A stretch of 63,722 nt of DNA, the filler included, from Collodictyon triciliatum (taxonomy: Eukaryota), in NCBI GenBank assembly GCA_043381765.1. It is 40 parts of 40 records of this genome, joined end to end, with 100 filler letters (N's around TTAATTAATTAA, not from the genome) between each part and the next. Parts side by side here need not be neighbours in the genome. Positions count along the whole stretch, not along the records: positions 51,118 to 52,606 come from JBHJMP010010940.1; positions 52,707 to 54,195 come from JBHJMP010010941.1; positions 54,296 to 55,784 come from JBHJMP010010942.1; positions 55,885 to 57,373 come from JBHJMP010010943.1; positions 57,474 to 58,961 come from JBHJMP010010944.1; positions 59,062 to 60,549 come from JBHJMP010010945.1; positions 60,650 to 62,136 come from JBHJMP010010946.1; positions 62,237 to 63,722 come from JBHJMP010010947.1; 32 more parts are not named here. One strand, 5' to 3'. The translations under genes and the position numbers were made by a program. Positions 51,251-63,722 of this stretch are shown piece after piece. Below the pieces are notes generated by a model. The model was given only the letters and a program-made list of their open reading frames with translations, ran no database searches and was not told where the DNA came from. How positions within the stretch are numbered: the first letter of the stretch is position 1; every line of letters begins with the position of its first letter.

Positions 51251-52366
51251 CTATGCTCATTTGGGTCATCGGGAACATCCCCATCAAAATCAGTGCTGGT
51301 ATTGGGAGAAAATTCTCGAAAAGGAATAGGGAAAACATAGTTCCTGCCACACACTCAAGGTTCGGCATTCCCCACGGACCGTAGTCCTCCAGTTCTCCAA
51401 CATATACGAACTCAGAACCGTCAATAACTATTCATCAGTTGTGGTTTCAAGATGAATTTTACACAATGGTATTCAATAGAAAGGGTGACATGCTCCTATA
51501 ACTATGATATAACCACCCGAATAAGGGCACTACTCTCATAAGTATTATTCATATTGGTTTCTTATCGCTACCGTACTTCTGCATTCACACGGCCTGACGG
51601 AACGGAATATTGCATTGAACCAGACAGTGACACTTTGCGCAAAGGCCAAGCGAAATATTAATGCAACGAAATGAAATCGGATTCGGTCGACCCTAATCCA
51701 TAAGATGAGTCAATCAGCTAATATTCGAAAAAAGAAATTTTTCTATCAATAAACTTGTCAAAAGAAAAGAAAGGCCGTATTTATATCTCTCTTCAAAAGC
51801 ACTTAAATTGCACAAGTATAGAAAAAATAGTGAAAAGCATATTATCTTGAAAATATGTTTACTATCTTACCTCGCAGCGATCTCAGGGTCTGGGTTGCTC
51901 CACCATGATATCATGGGTATAAATGCCAATGTCAAAGTGGTGTAAAGTAGAAGCTCTTCGACCTTAGTTGAAGCAATGGGAAATGAATGGAAATATGAGC
52001 TCATTTTTCAAGACGTGGTTGCTTGGATAGGATAATTATTCATGATTTAAAAAATAAGTGAGTAATTTAAACAGAAATAGAAGAATGGACAATATAGAAC
52101 TGCATATCAATTTTAATAAATGAAAAAGAAGACTTACAAAATATTATTTAAAAAAGTATGTGTCCAAATACTGGAACAAATTCTTGAGAAAGTAAGGACT
52201 TACACCAATCCACGAAACAAACTGCTCAGACATATACAATAGAATTCCAGCCTCACTTTGATCACGTAAACAACCATTCAAGACTTCATCCGAACGCCCT
52301 TCAAGCTTGAGGTTGATGTTATTGCGACATTCATCGTCAAGTTGAACCACTGCAGAAAAGGCCACC
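51251..52366 (-). CDS. PAP2-superfamily-like membrane protein with degenerate motifs
   Basis: Spliced ..IAARPCECR..YGPWGMPNLECVAG..hydrophobic..MSIG; RP and GMP spacing recalls PAP2 C1/C2 motifs. Confidence 0.4.
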
Positions 52367-52512
52367 TTTGACGAGAGGTTAAGTGAATATATGTTTTATC
52401 TAATGTTACATTGTCGTCTTTCCTAGCTTTATCTGTCTATTGGAGGTTTTTTTTTCAGACTTAATGAGAGCTATCCTAACACTCAGAGTTGTTTCGTCCA
52501 TGACCAAATGAA

Positions 52513-52606
<94 letters not shown>

Positions 52607-52707
52607 NNNNNNNNNNNNNNNNNNNNNNNNNNNNNNNNNNNNNNNNNNNNTTAATTAATTAANNNNNNNNNNNNNNNNNNNNNNNNNNNNNNNNNNNNNN
52701 NNNNNNA

Positions 52708-52806
<99 letters not shown>

Positions 52807-52898
52807 TCCATGAAACAGAAGGAAAAATATGTCATCAAAGTATTGGAAGCCTGCCGGATTGCAGCAATTTTTTACAATACAACATATTCTAAATATAC

Positions 52899-53510
52899 CT
52901 CCCTTGGAGTCCTCTGGCTTCGATAATGTGAACCTATATAATTAAATGAAATTAAATAAAAAGAAATAGAAACAGAAAAGAAAGCAACGAGAATCGTCAC
53001 CTGGATGACAAAGCTTCCTGAGGGAATCTCATAGCTCACTAGTGGCTGGAACGAATTCTCGTCAGCCCCAGCAGCAGCTTCCTTTCCGGCTTCCTGCTCC
53101 TTACCACCTTTGCCCACTTCCCCGTCGTCTTTCTTTTTGTCCTCTTTACTTTCCTTGTCAAACGGATTCAGCTTGGACATGGTTTGCGCAAAGCCGCTCT
53201 TCTCCTCCTTCTGTGGCTGGCCTGCCTGCTGCACCGGACTGGCCGCTTGGGCCTGGCCTTCTTTGCTCTCTTTGTCGAACGGATTTATCTTTGTCATCAT
53301 CGCCCCAAAGTTCGGCAGGGCTCTCTCTGTAGCCGCATACTGGGGCTCCAAACCGGCTGCAGATTCGGCATAGCCGGGCGCTTGATAGTAGACTTGTGTG
53401 GGTTGGGCATAAACTACGGGCGGCTGCGAGACGATGGTCGCTGGTTGTGGGACGGGTTCGTAGCGGGACGGCTTGGGATTCTTGCGGAAGGCCATTCTGC
53501 GCAGCGGCAT
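52899..53510 (-). CDS. C2-domain (ferlin-like) protein, 5' exons
   Basis: Disordered N-terminus, then YEIPSGSFVIQ|VHIIEARGLQG, the first strand of a C2 domain. Confidence 0.6.
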
Positions 53511-53829
53511 AGGATTAAAGACATCCGCAAGTGTTCTCTTCTTTTTCTTCTCTTTCAATAGGAGCCGGCCTCTCTCTCTCTCTTTCTCTCTCTTTGTCTT
53601 TTCTCACCTATTCGCGTTGATGGACAAATGTGTTTTGTTTGGGCTGCTTTGGTCTGCGACGTGATCTGGACGTGGCACTCAGGGAAGAATCAATGGTGAC
53701 GGGTGTGTTGTGTTATGATGGACTGAATAGGCTGAAATGGACGTGGCGTGAATAGTTTCGTTTTACTTTCTCTTTTTGAGTGCTCAAAGAGTGAATAAGG
53801 AAAAGAAGGGTAGAAAGCAGGCGGCGCGT

Positions 53830-53868
<39 letters not shown>

Positions 53869-53926
53869 GCCACCATCATGACCATTGCTCGGCAATGTAT
53901 AGCGCGAAACAACGCAGCGAAAAGCA

Positions 53927-54138
53927 CTAGATACGACGGTAGCCCCAATTCTCTGTGACAGACATGTCTCCCTCTTGGTAGGTTTTTGCGTCCATCCAGA
54001 TATGGTCGAACTGCGGGTTCTGGCAGATGTACGCCCCACCCATCCACGTGAGGTATTTCCCGCTCTTGTTTGAGTGGAGTTTCATTCCAAAAGAGCTTTG
54101 CAGTTTAGACAACTCCAAGTCCAGTCGCTCATGGAATC
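53927..54138 (-). CDS. Actin-related protein, last exon (divergent)
   Basis: GFHERLDLEL..KYLTWMGGAYI..FDHIWMDAKTYQEG matches the actin-fold C-terminus. Confidence 0.8.
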
Positions 54139-54141
54139 CTA

Positions 54142-54188
<47 letters not shown>

Positions 54189-54322
54189 GTTTACTNNNNN
54201 NNNNNNNNNNNNNNNNNNNNNNNNNNNNNNNNNNNNNNNTTAATTAATTAANNNNNNNNNNNNNNNNNNNNNNNNNNNNNNNNNNNNNNNNNNNNTTGCG
54301 TGTTATTTGAATTGTATAATAG

Positions 54323-55770
54323 AACATCTGGGTTTGAAACAACCGGGCCGATACTTTGCAGCATGCTTAATGCGGTCATGATTGTGGTTTTTGACTTTGT
54401 GGGTCTCTATTCTCTATTTTATTATTATGATTATTAGTAATAGTATTACTATGGTTGTTATGATTACTGTTATTATTATTATTAATACTATTATTAATTA
54501 TCTAAATATTCCTATCAAACACAAATCAGATTTACATCAAGCTCGCCCACGCCTTAAATGAATGGGGTATACACTATCTCGTCAATATTCTATGTCATAC
54601 GTTTACAGTTTACCTACATGATTGATTTAATACATCCTACTTTTCAGAAAACTACAAAACAGAGACAGAGTATGAGGACAATCTGGTCATCAAGATATTC
54701 CTATTCCAGTTTATAAACTCCTACATATCCTTCTTCTACGTCGCTTTTGTAAAGGTATTATTCATCCGGAAAAATTATATGATAAACATTTTTCTAAAAT
54801 AAGATAATTACCCGATAGAGTACGAAACCCAGCATTCTTGGGAAGGAAGATGAATGCATAGGCTCATGTATGGAAGAACTCTCAGTCCAATTGGGTGGGC
54901 AACATACTTTAACAAATATATTGCCCAACATTCAAATACTTCACCTGCATACTAAAAAAAACACACACACACAAAAAAAAGGGTCAATATTTATAACTCG
55001 TATGGTTGTTCAACAAACCCTTGAATCCTTAATTCCGTAAGATGAATTACCATTTGAAAGAAACTTAGGTTTGGAAAACAAACCGAACCCCCTCCACTTA
55101 GTCTATTGATGCTCACATAATTTTCAATCAATAGATATCTAAAGATGCAGTCAAAAATTGCATCGGATGGAGGGAGTACTTTCCAGGTGAAATAATGGCG
55201 TGTGATTGGATGAAATACCCTAGACTAGCTAATTTTTACATGCGATTCATATAGTATTTCTATGCGCTTATTTGTGGTGGGGCGCAAGAACAGTCTCAGT
55301 CAGACTCCAAAGACCAAGATACCGCATCCATAATAGATGAAGAGTCGATATTGTTGGGCAAAAACGCTGATGCCTCATCGGTTTGATCTTTACATTTTAC
55401 ATTAGTCATGAATGAGAATTTCCATTAGCTCCTAAATAAGAAGAAATCACTTATAATTCGTAATGCAGATATTATCAATTAATTTGACCACGGAGGAACT
55501 GCAGAGCAAAAGGGAACATTACCCAAATGCTTTTGAGGACTATAACGAGATGGTCATTCAATACGGATATGTTACTCTGTTTGCTCCCGCCTTTCCTCTG
55601 GCATCCCTTCTCGCTCTAATCAACAACATAGTTGAAAGTACCGTTTAACGCTTCAATCTGTATTCTGCTTTGATATACATCTAATATAGAAAATGATACA
55701 GTTAGAACAGACGCCCAGAAACTATGCACGTCCTATCAACGCCCTTTTTACAGACCCGAGAACGATATCG
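54323..55770 (+). CDS. Anoctamin/TMEM16 family, nine internal exons
   Basis: [94 protein letters not shown]. Confidence 0.96.
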
Positions 55771-55926
55771 GTTTGTTTTGCATTNNNNNNNNNNNNNNNN
55801 NNNNNNNNNNNNNNNNNNNNNNNNNNNNTTAATTAATTAANNNNNNNNNNNNNNNNNNNNNNNNNNNNNNNNNNNNNNNNNNNNTATTTGTCTTGAAAAT
55901 TGAGTATCTATAAGATGATGATGATG

Positions 55927-56023
<97 letters not shown>

Positions 56024-56168
56024 CAAAGCTTATAAAATTAGGCGATTCTAAAGTGAAGGGTTAAGTAAGGAGCACTCGTAGTGAACTCTTTTAAACATGG
56101 CAGGAAGCCAAGAAAAAGATACAAGGAAGGTGCGTGTGGTGTCTGAGCCTTGCTAAAGGTGTATGTTA

Positions 56169-56333
<165 letters not shown>

Positions 56334-57473
56334 TCATTTTTATATGCTATTTTTTTTTATATATATTTGTTTCCTTTCAAAAGCTCTGCGTTGATCGCCA
56401 AGGTGAAGATCAAGCCCACAAAGACATTTTCCAACCAAAGTATACGTGCAGGTGAAAGTAGGACTGTTGATTCGCAACATTATTTGCGCGTTTTTCTGTT
56501 ATTGTTTTTGTTCATAACCAACTCGGTGTCTGATTTCACGGGGATCGGCTTTCCAACCGTGGACAGAAGCTGTTTCTCAAAATAAACAGGTTTAAACAGA
56601 CTGAAAGAAGGAGAAAGTTGGTATCCAGGAAAGAAAAAGTAAGGGAAAAGGACTTCTCCGGTGGATCTGGCTTGCTTGTGTTTCCTTCATAGCTGCAGTG
56701 AAAAGATCACATCTGTTTCAATCGCCTGGGTGCCAGCAGAAGCTTCTGATTTCTTTTCGCCCGATGCGCGGCCGTGATGAATCAGATACGAGCACAAAAC
56801 GACCTGGAGAGAAGGTTCGATCGGCTATGATAGCGAAAACAACCTGGTGAAAGACACGAACATGTCGTATATTCAAATATGGAATCTATGATATTTACTC
56901 TTCTTGGTTAGAATGTGCTCATAAACTCAGCCATAACTATCAAATATCATTTTAATATGTGCATAAATGCGTCATATTTATCAGACACCATTCCTGGAAG
57001 AGGTGCGTAGACAGCCATCTATTGTTTTCGAGGGTGACAGAGTCTGGGATGATTTCCATCCAAGTACAATTTGATGGCATATTCCAAGATTTTTTACATT
57101 CTCATATATTATTCTAGGTTCGGTGTGAACAGAAACAACAATTGTATCGATTGCATTCAGTTTTTCTCTCTATGATGTCACTCTTTTTTTTCTTCGGGTT
57201 CCTTTGCACCGCGCTGGATAGCTGGTATGCGGCAAGGAAGGCTTCGGCCGGCTGATCTTTCGGGAGCAGCTCTGTGTGTTTACGTCTCGCTGATTAAGTG
57301 AACAGCTAAGTGTTCGAACTATACAACCTAAAGACAAAAAACAAAAACAAAAACAAAAAACAAAAAACAAAAANNNNNNNNNNNNNNNNNNNNNNNNNNN
57401 NNNNNNNNNNNNNNNNNTTAATTAATTAANNNNNNNNNNNNNNNNNNNNNNNNNNNNNNNNNNNNNNNNNNNN

Positions 57474-58819
<1,346 letters not shown>

Positions 58820-59061
58820 GTTCGTTACAGCATATACATCTTCAATACACGCGAATTCAATAGCGAATGAAAAGGGAACGCATTAAATCGATATATTTTC
58901 GAAAACTTTTTTCTTATACGGTTTTCCACTTATTAAAAAAAAAAAAAAAAAACATTTAAAANNNNNNNNNNNNNNNNNNNNNNNNNNNNNNNNNNNNNNN
59001 NNNNNTTAATTAATTAANNNNNNNNNNNNNNNNNNNNNNNNNNNNNNNNNNNNNNNNNNNN

Positions 59062-59156
<95 letters not shown>

Positions 59157-59883
59157 TCAACGTTTATAATATTTCCCCATATTTTACTATTTGGTTAGCA
59201 TTTTATTTTCGTTTGCTCACCAGAGTGGGAAATAAATGCAGTTAATGACGCAATTTTCAGTTTAAAGAAGCTGCTCTCTTTCCTTTCTTTACCCACAACC
59301 AGGGCGAAGGCCAAACTCGGTATGGAGCATCATCAGCATCAAACAGCCGCTATCACCAAGCTGCAGCCGAAATCCAGCGTAGATATCTCAAATCCGCATA
59401 AAGTTCATTTTCTTGGAGAGAATGAAGAAGGCTTTTTTTTTTTGCCCTCCTTCTGCTGCCTACTCCCAGTTTTTTTTCTTTCACATCCTTTCCTTTTCTC
59501 TCGGGGCGCAGATATCGAAACGCGCGTGGTGAAGCAGCTGAGACGAACGAAAACACGCACACACACATGAAAGAAACAATAAAGAAAAGGAAGGAAGAGA
59601 TATGCTCATATTAGCATTTTAATCTTTGATTAAACATGTTTTTCTTTCGTATGTTGCATGATTGCAGTATATTGAATCAAGAAATTTAATGATCACTCAT
59701 AATGGGAAGAAGAAATGGACAGTTTGAAATGTTGAATCCAAGGAATTATGTCCGTGTTTCAATTATTTATTCTTCGCGGCTGAAAGGAGCAGATGTGGTT
59801 TTCTTTTCTTTTTGATTTATTTTTATTCAAAACTTGAGTATTTATTTCGAGGGAGAGTAAAAGAACGAAAAGACGAAACGAAT

Positions 59884-60549
59884 TTATTTCTGCTGTTTTG
59901 TTGTCTTCTTGGTCTTTGGTGAAAAGAAATCAGCAACTTGTTTGGCGATGGGATCGTTCTAACAAACAGATTAATAATAATAAAAAAAAAAAAAGAAGAA
60001 AAGGTAAGTTTTACATAAAGATTTATATATATAATCCGTTGGGCAGTAACGCAAAAAGTGCATAAGAAAGGGCAAAACTACACAACTAATTGTTTTGTTA
60101 CAAATACATATATACCCATTTGATTATTTATTGTATCATATATTTATTTCTCAGCTCATCGAATTTCTTACCTGGAAAAACATGCTGAGACCAACCAGAT
60201 ACACAACAACAAATACCGCAAGAACAAGGTCGAATGACAGAGGCTTCACACTATTCGATACATAACGAATGGCATGAGAGGGTAAGTCATAGATAGTAGA
60301 CTCTGTTTCACTTGGTCTCATTTTTTTGACATGAGAAAAGCAAGTTTGGTGGTAAAAAAAAGTAACAGAAAAATGTTTTTGAAAGGAAAAACAAAAACAA
60401 AAAACCAATCAACACTACATACCGGAAAATCGTAACGGTAGACTTTGAGGGCCCATAGAAGACAAGTTCGTTGTCATAGCGAAGAGGAATACGCGTAACT
60501 TCATCTGTAAAGTCAGACATAACCTTTTCTAAGCCTTCAATAAAGTCGC
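59884..60549 (-). CDS. NCLN: Nicalin, 3' exons
   Basis: ELVFYGPSKSTVTIFR|VKPLSFDLVLAVFVVVYL matches the nicalin EFVFY..RVKPAxFDL.L..YL pattern; last exon ends KKTTKQQK*. Confidence 0.8.
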
Positions 60550-60738
60550 NNNNNNNNNNNNNNNNNNNNNNNNNNNNNNNNNNNNNNNNNNNNTTAATTA
60601 ATTAANNNNNNNNNNNNNNNNNNNNNNNNNNNNNNNNNNNNNNNNNNNNGCAGCCCCGCTGCTCGCTCCACCGGTCGCGTCCGGTAGTGCTCGTAGACCA
60701 CATTCTCGTCGTCAAAGTGAGGCTTGGTTGCTATTCGT

Positions 60739-60792
60739 GTGGTTTTTGTGCAAAACCAAAGGGAAACGTGGTTTTTGTGCAAAACCAAAGGG
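60739..60792. repeat. Perfect 25-bp direct repeat separated by 4 nt
   Basis: gtggtttttgtgcaaaaccaaaggg AAAC gtggtttttgtgcaaaaccaaaggg. Confidence 0.9.
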
Positions 60793-62049
60793 GAGAGACC
60801 CTGCTTATTGATAATTTGTACAATATTCACTCGTTTTCTACTTCAGGGAGAATCCTTACACTTTCATTTATCTTGATATGGCATCAATGCAAATCTTCAA
60901 ATTCTTTTTATTCATTAGGCTAGCTTCCTTCAGAAAAAAAAAACCTGCGCAAGCGACTTTCCACCCAGAATCTCCTTAAACCCCTTGATTAAAATAAACT
61001 TAGATATGTCTTAATCCTCCGGGTTTCTTTCAAACTTTCGAGATGCAAAGCTGTCATCCCTGGCTTCTCTTCAACCCAGCACTACTAAATTAAATGATTA
61101 TTCGCTTACCATATTTAATTACTAGTGAGATTAGCCATTAGGCTGGAAAGTTTCATGTGATGCAGTTTCTTGAATGGCTCGCAGAAACGAGTCCAGATAC
61201 CTGACGAGACACATTTAACGTATGCACATGAAGTATCCTATCAGCCAGCTTATTGCAATTCGCACCACCTCACCACTGCTGGGTTTTTTTTCCAGTTCTA
61301 TCCTACTCCTGCCAGTCTCTTTCGCCAGTGCTTGCTCTCTGCCATGCGCACTTTGCTTGGCCTTTTTAATGGCTCAAGGCTCTTGAAGTTTGAACTGGAT
61401 GTGCACGCAGCTACCAGTATCACGTGGGGCGAAGTTTTTGGCCACTGTTTCCTTATAGCCAATCTCCACCATAGACGCACGCCAAGAAAGTGACCATTCA
61501 TCGTTCATGACAATATGCTGAAGCTAAATATTGTGCACAACTTTAGGCGTGGATATTTTCCAGTTATGGAAAAGTAGATTCTCTTTTGTAATTGTGTTGA
61601 AATCTTCCCTGTAAGGAAAAGATGCAAAGTTGTCCACAAATGGATGGATTGATTATTTTCCAAAGCCTGTATCTTTCACTGAAAGACGAGACAATGCGGC
61701 GAAAAGCACAGACCAAACTTCCCAGCCAAATTTGAACATGTTGCCGCGGCGGACGCGTATGACAACCAATAAACACACACTTATTCGCTCGCAATGCACT
61801 CCTGGGCGATTCCTGGAGAGTTGGTGCGTATGGACTGCCCACAGCTGCCTGTGTTTCCTTATCGTCTGCAAAGCGGTGTTGGGAAAGGAGCTGTTTTTCT
61901 TTTTCGTTTTCTTTCATTCACGAGTCGGCCCTATTGAGAGCGGAAAAGCGGAGAGAATCAGACACTTGGCTTCCTCTTTCCTTATTTTTGTTTTTGTTTT
62001 TTGTTTTTGTTTTGTTTTTTTTGTTTTTTTGTTTTTTATTGTTTTTTTT

Positions 62050-62136
<87 letters not shown>

Positions 62137-62236
62137 NNNNNNNNNNNNNNNNNNNNNNNNNNNNNNNNNNNNNNNNNNNNTTAATTAATTAANNNNNNNN
62201 NNNNNNNNNNNNNNNNNNNNNNNNNNNNNNNNNNNN

Positions 62237-62335
62237 TTGATTGGTTGCGTGGGTAGCAGGGGTTGGATATGCTGTGGGAGATATCTTACGACACATTCCC
62301 ACATCTCTCTTCGCTTGCGGTCAGAGTAGCGAAGA
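62237..62335 (-). mobile_element. 5'-truncated LINE 3' fragment running off the contig
   Basis: Reverse complement matches about 63349-63446 and 45142-45237. Confidence 0.88.
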
Positions 62336-62922
62336 TGGGAGGGACATAGATATTTAGAATTGTTGTGAGGGGTAGGGCTGACTGTCGAAAAAGAAAAAAA
62401 TAATTGAATAAATCAGCCTGATACTTGTTTTTAATCAAAAAACTTGCCTGGTAGTAAATGTTTAGCTCCGACCTGACATCAATATGTATGCATACAAGCG
62501 AATGCGTGTTTTCATTCAGCCATTGCCTTTCGTGCTGTTGGTAGCAGCATGCCTCACAATTTAACGGATATTTCGTCGTGATTAATATGGTAAATATATT
62601 ATTTATTTATTTTTTTTTGCAATTAATGAATTTTAATATCTAATTAATTATCATATATATTGCTGCTTTTACTTTGTGCAGGATGGGCGGCGTTGCCTTT
62701 GGTTCGCTAGCCTTTATTTGGACTAACATCACTTGGGACATGGCGGTGCACAAGTAAATATCTATCGATTAATTATCATTTTATACACCCATTCTTTTTT
62801 TGGATTATTTATCAAGAATATATCTTGGATTTTCTATGCCTCATTTTTTTCTATCAGTCGGTATTTTTTATCAATATGAATTTGGGTGCAATCGAATGGG
62901 TTGTATCGCACGCGTGAACACT

Positions 62923-62990
62923 AAAATATCTTACTAAATCCTCGCTACACTTTGAATCGAATAAAGGAAAAAAAAAATATCTTACTAAAT
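62923..62990 (+). mobile_element. Ultrashort LINE 3'-tail insertion with perfect 17-bp TSD
   Basis: aaaatatcttactaaat [cctcgctacactttgaatcgaataaagg-A6] aaaatatcttactaaat; the insert matches 63579-63605. Confidence 0.92.
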
Positions 62991-63089
62991 GATTTCCGAC
63001 CCAATTGCACACTCGCATCGATTACGATGTGAAATCCAATAAATTGGTATTGAGCAAATGGTGGGATAAATGCATTTTTTCAATTAGTT

Positions 63090-63610
63090 CATCCCATTCG
63101 ACCAGGCAGACCAGTTAAGATTCTCCATTGTACGACTGAAGGTATTAAGTTGCTTTTTTTTTTTTTACACCAAAGATGGTCAAACACACTCGACTCCACC
63201 ATTTCTCGATGACTATTCCATATTCCAAGCTGTTTCGATATGAAATCATCAGTCCGAATCCTTACATACTGTAGAAAATGAGTCGATTGGCCCAAACTAT
63301 AGGTATTATAGACCCGCATATAGTCAAAAGCTGGAAGCACGCTCGCATTCTTCGCTACTCTGACCGCAAGCGACGACAGACGTGGAATGTGTCGTGCGAT
63401 ATCTCACACAGCATATCCAACCCCTGCTACCCACGCAACCAATCAACCACTTGGGACGCCCGCCTGACCAACTCGCTATCACCGATTTATTTCCAGTACC
63501 ATCACATCCATAGTTGCGTCTTCTCCTACTAAGGTTTGTTCTACCATGCGCTCCCATCCCGCCTCTTGTATGGCATAACCTCGCTACACTTTGAATCGAA
63601 TAAAGAAAAT
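63090..63610 (+). mobile_element. 5'-truncated LINE copy with an internal deletion (left edge approximate)
   Basis: 63200-63340 matches 50158-50297, then jumps to the equivalent of 50740 onward and the 3' UTR. Confidence 0.88.
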
Positions 63611-63627
63611 TTTTTTTTATCAATTGT

Positions 63628-63722
63628 CTTTTATCTTTTATCTTTTATCTTTTATCTTTTATCTTTTATCTTTTATCTTTTATCTTTTATCTTTTATCTT
63701 TTATCTTTTATCTTTTATCTTT
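63628..63722 (+). repeat. (TTTTATC)n microsatellite
   Basis: Read directly. Confidence 0.95.

Noticed and set aside
54896-54927. TGGGCAA..TTGCCCA hairpin over an anoctamin 5' splice site
   Set aside because: A single 7-bp stem is expected by chance in 60 kb.

Overview
This window is not contiguous genome. It is 40 unplaced contigs of about 1.49-1.51 kb, roughly size-sorted and joined by 39 artificial 100-nt spacers (N44-TTAATTAATTAA-N44), so adjacency across spacers has no biological meaning. The source is an AT-rich, intron-dense, microsatellite-rich eukaryote, probably a protist; I cannot name the species. It uses the standard code. Most contigs break at simple repeats. By hand splicing I recognise fragments of: a bacterial-type GH13 glycosidase, myosin, a highly internally conserved WD40 array, a Cys-rich surface-repeat protein, a NACHT/TPR-like protein, an Fpk1/Nrc-2-like AGC kinase (two pieces), BCAS2/SPF27, an IPT/TIG membrane protein, an ammonium transporter, a MIT protein, DRG2, a divergent formin FH2, exosome MTR3-like, WDR24, a PAP2-like protein, a C2/ferlin-like protein, an actin-related protein, anoctamin, proteasome alpha4, AMPK/SNF1 and nicalin. 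The most striking non-genic signal is an L1/Tx1-like non-LTR retrotransposon family scattered in pieces (ORF1, APE, RT, zinc finger, 3' tail). It leaves unusual footprints: three 24-34 nt insertions of only its 3' tail between 13-17 bp target-site duplications, a 40-nt insertion of a different polyadenylated RNA end with a 22-bp duplication, a twin-priming-like inversion, and a microhomology-mediated internal deletion. All family assignments are from motif recognition; no database searches were run.
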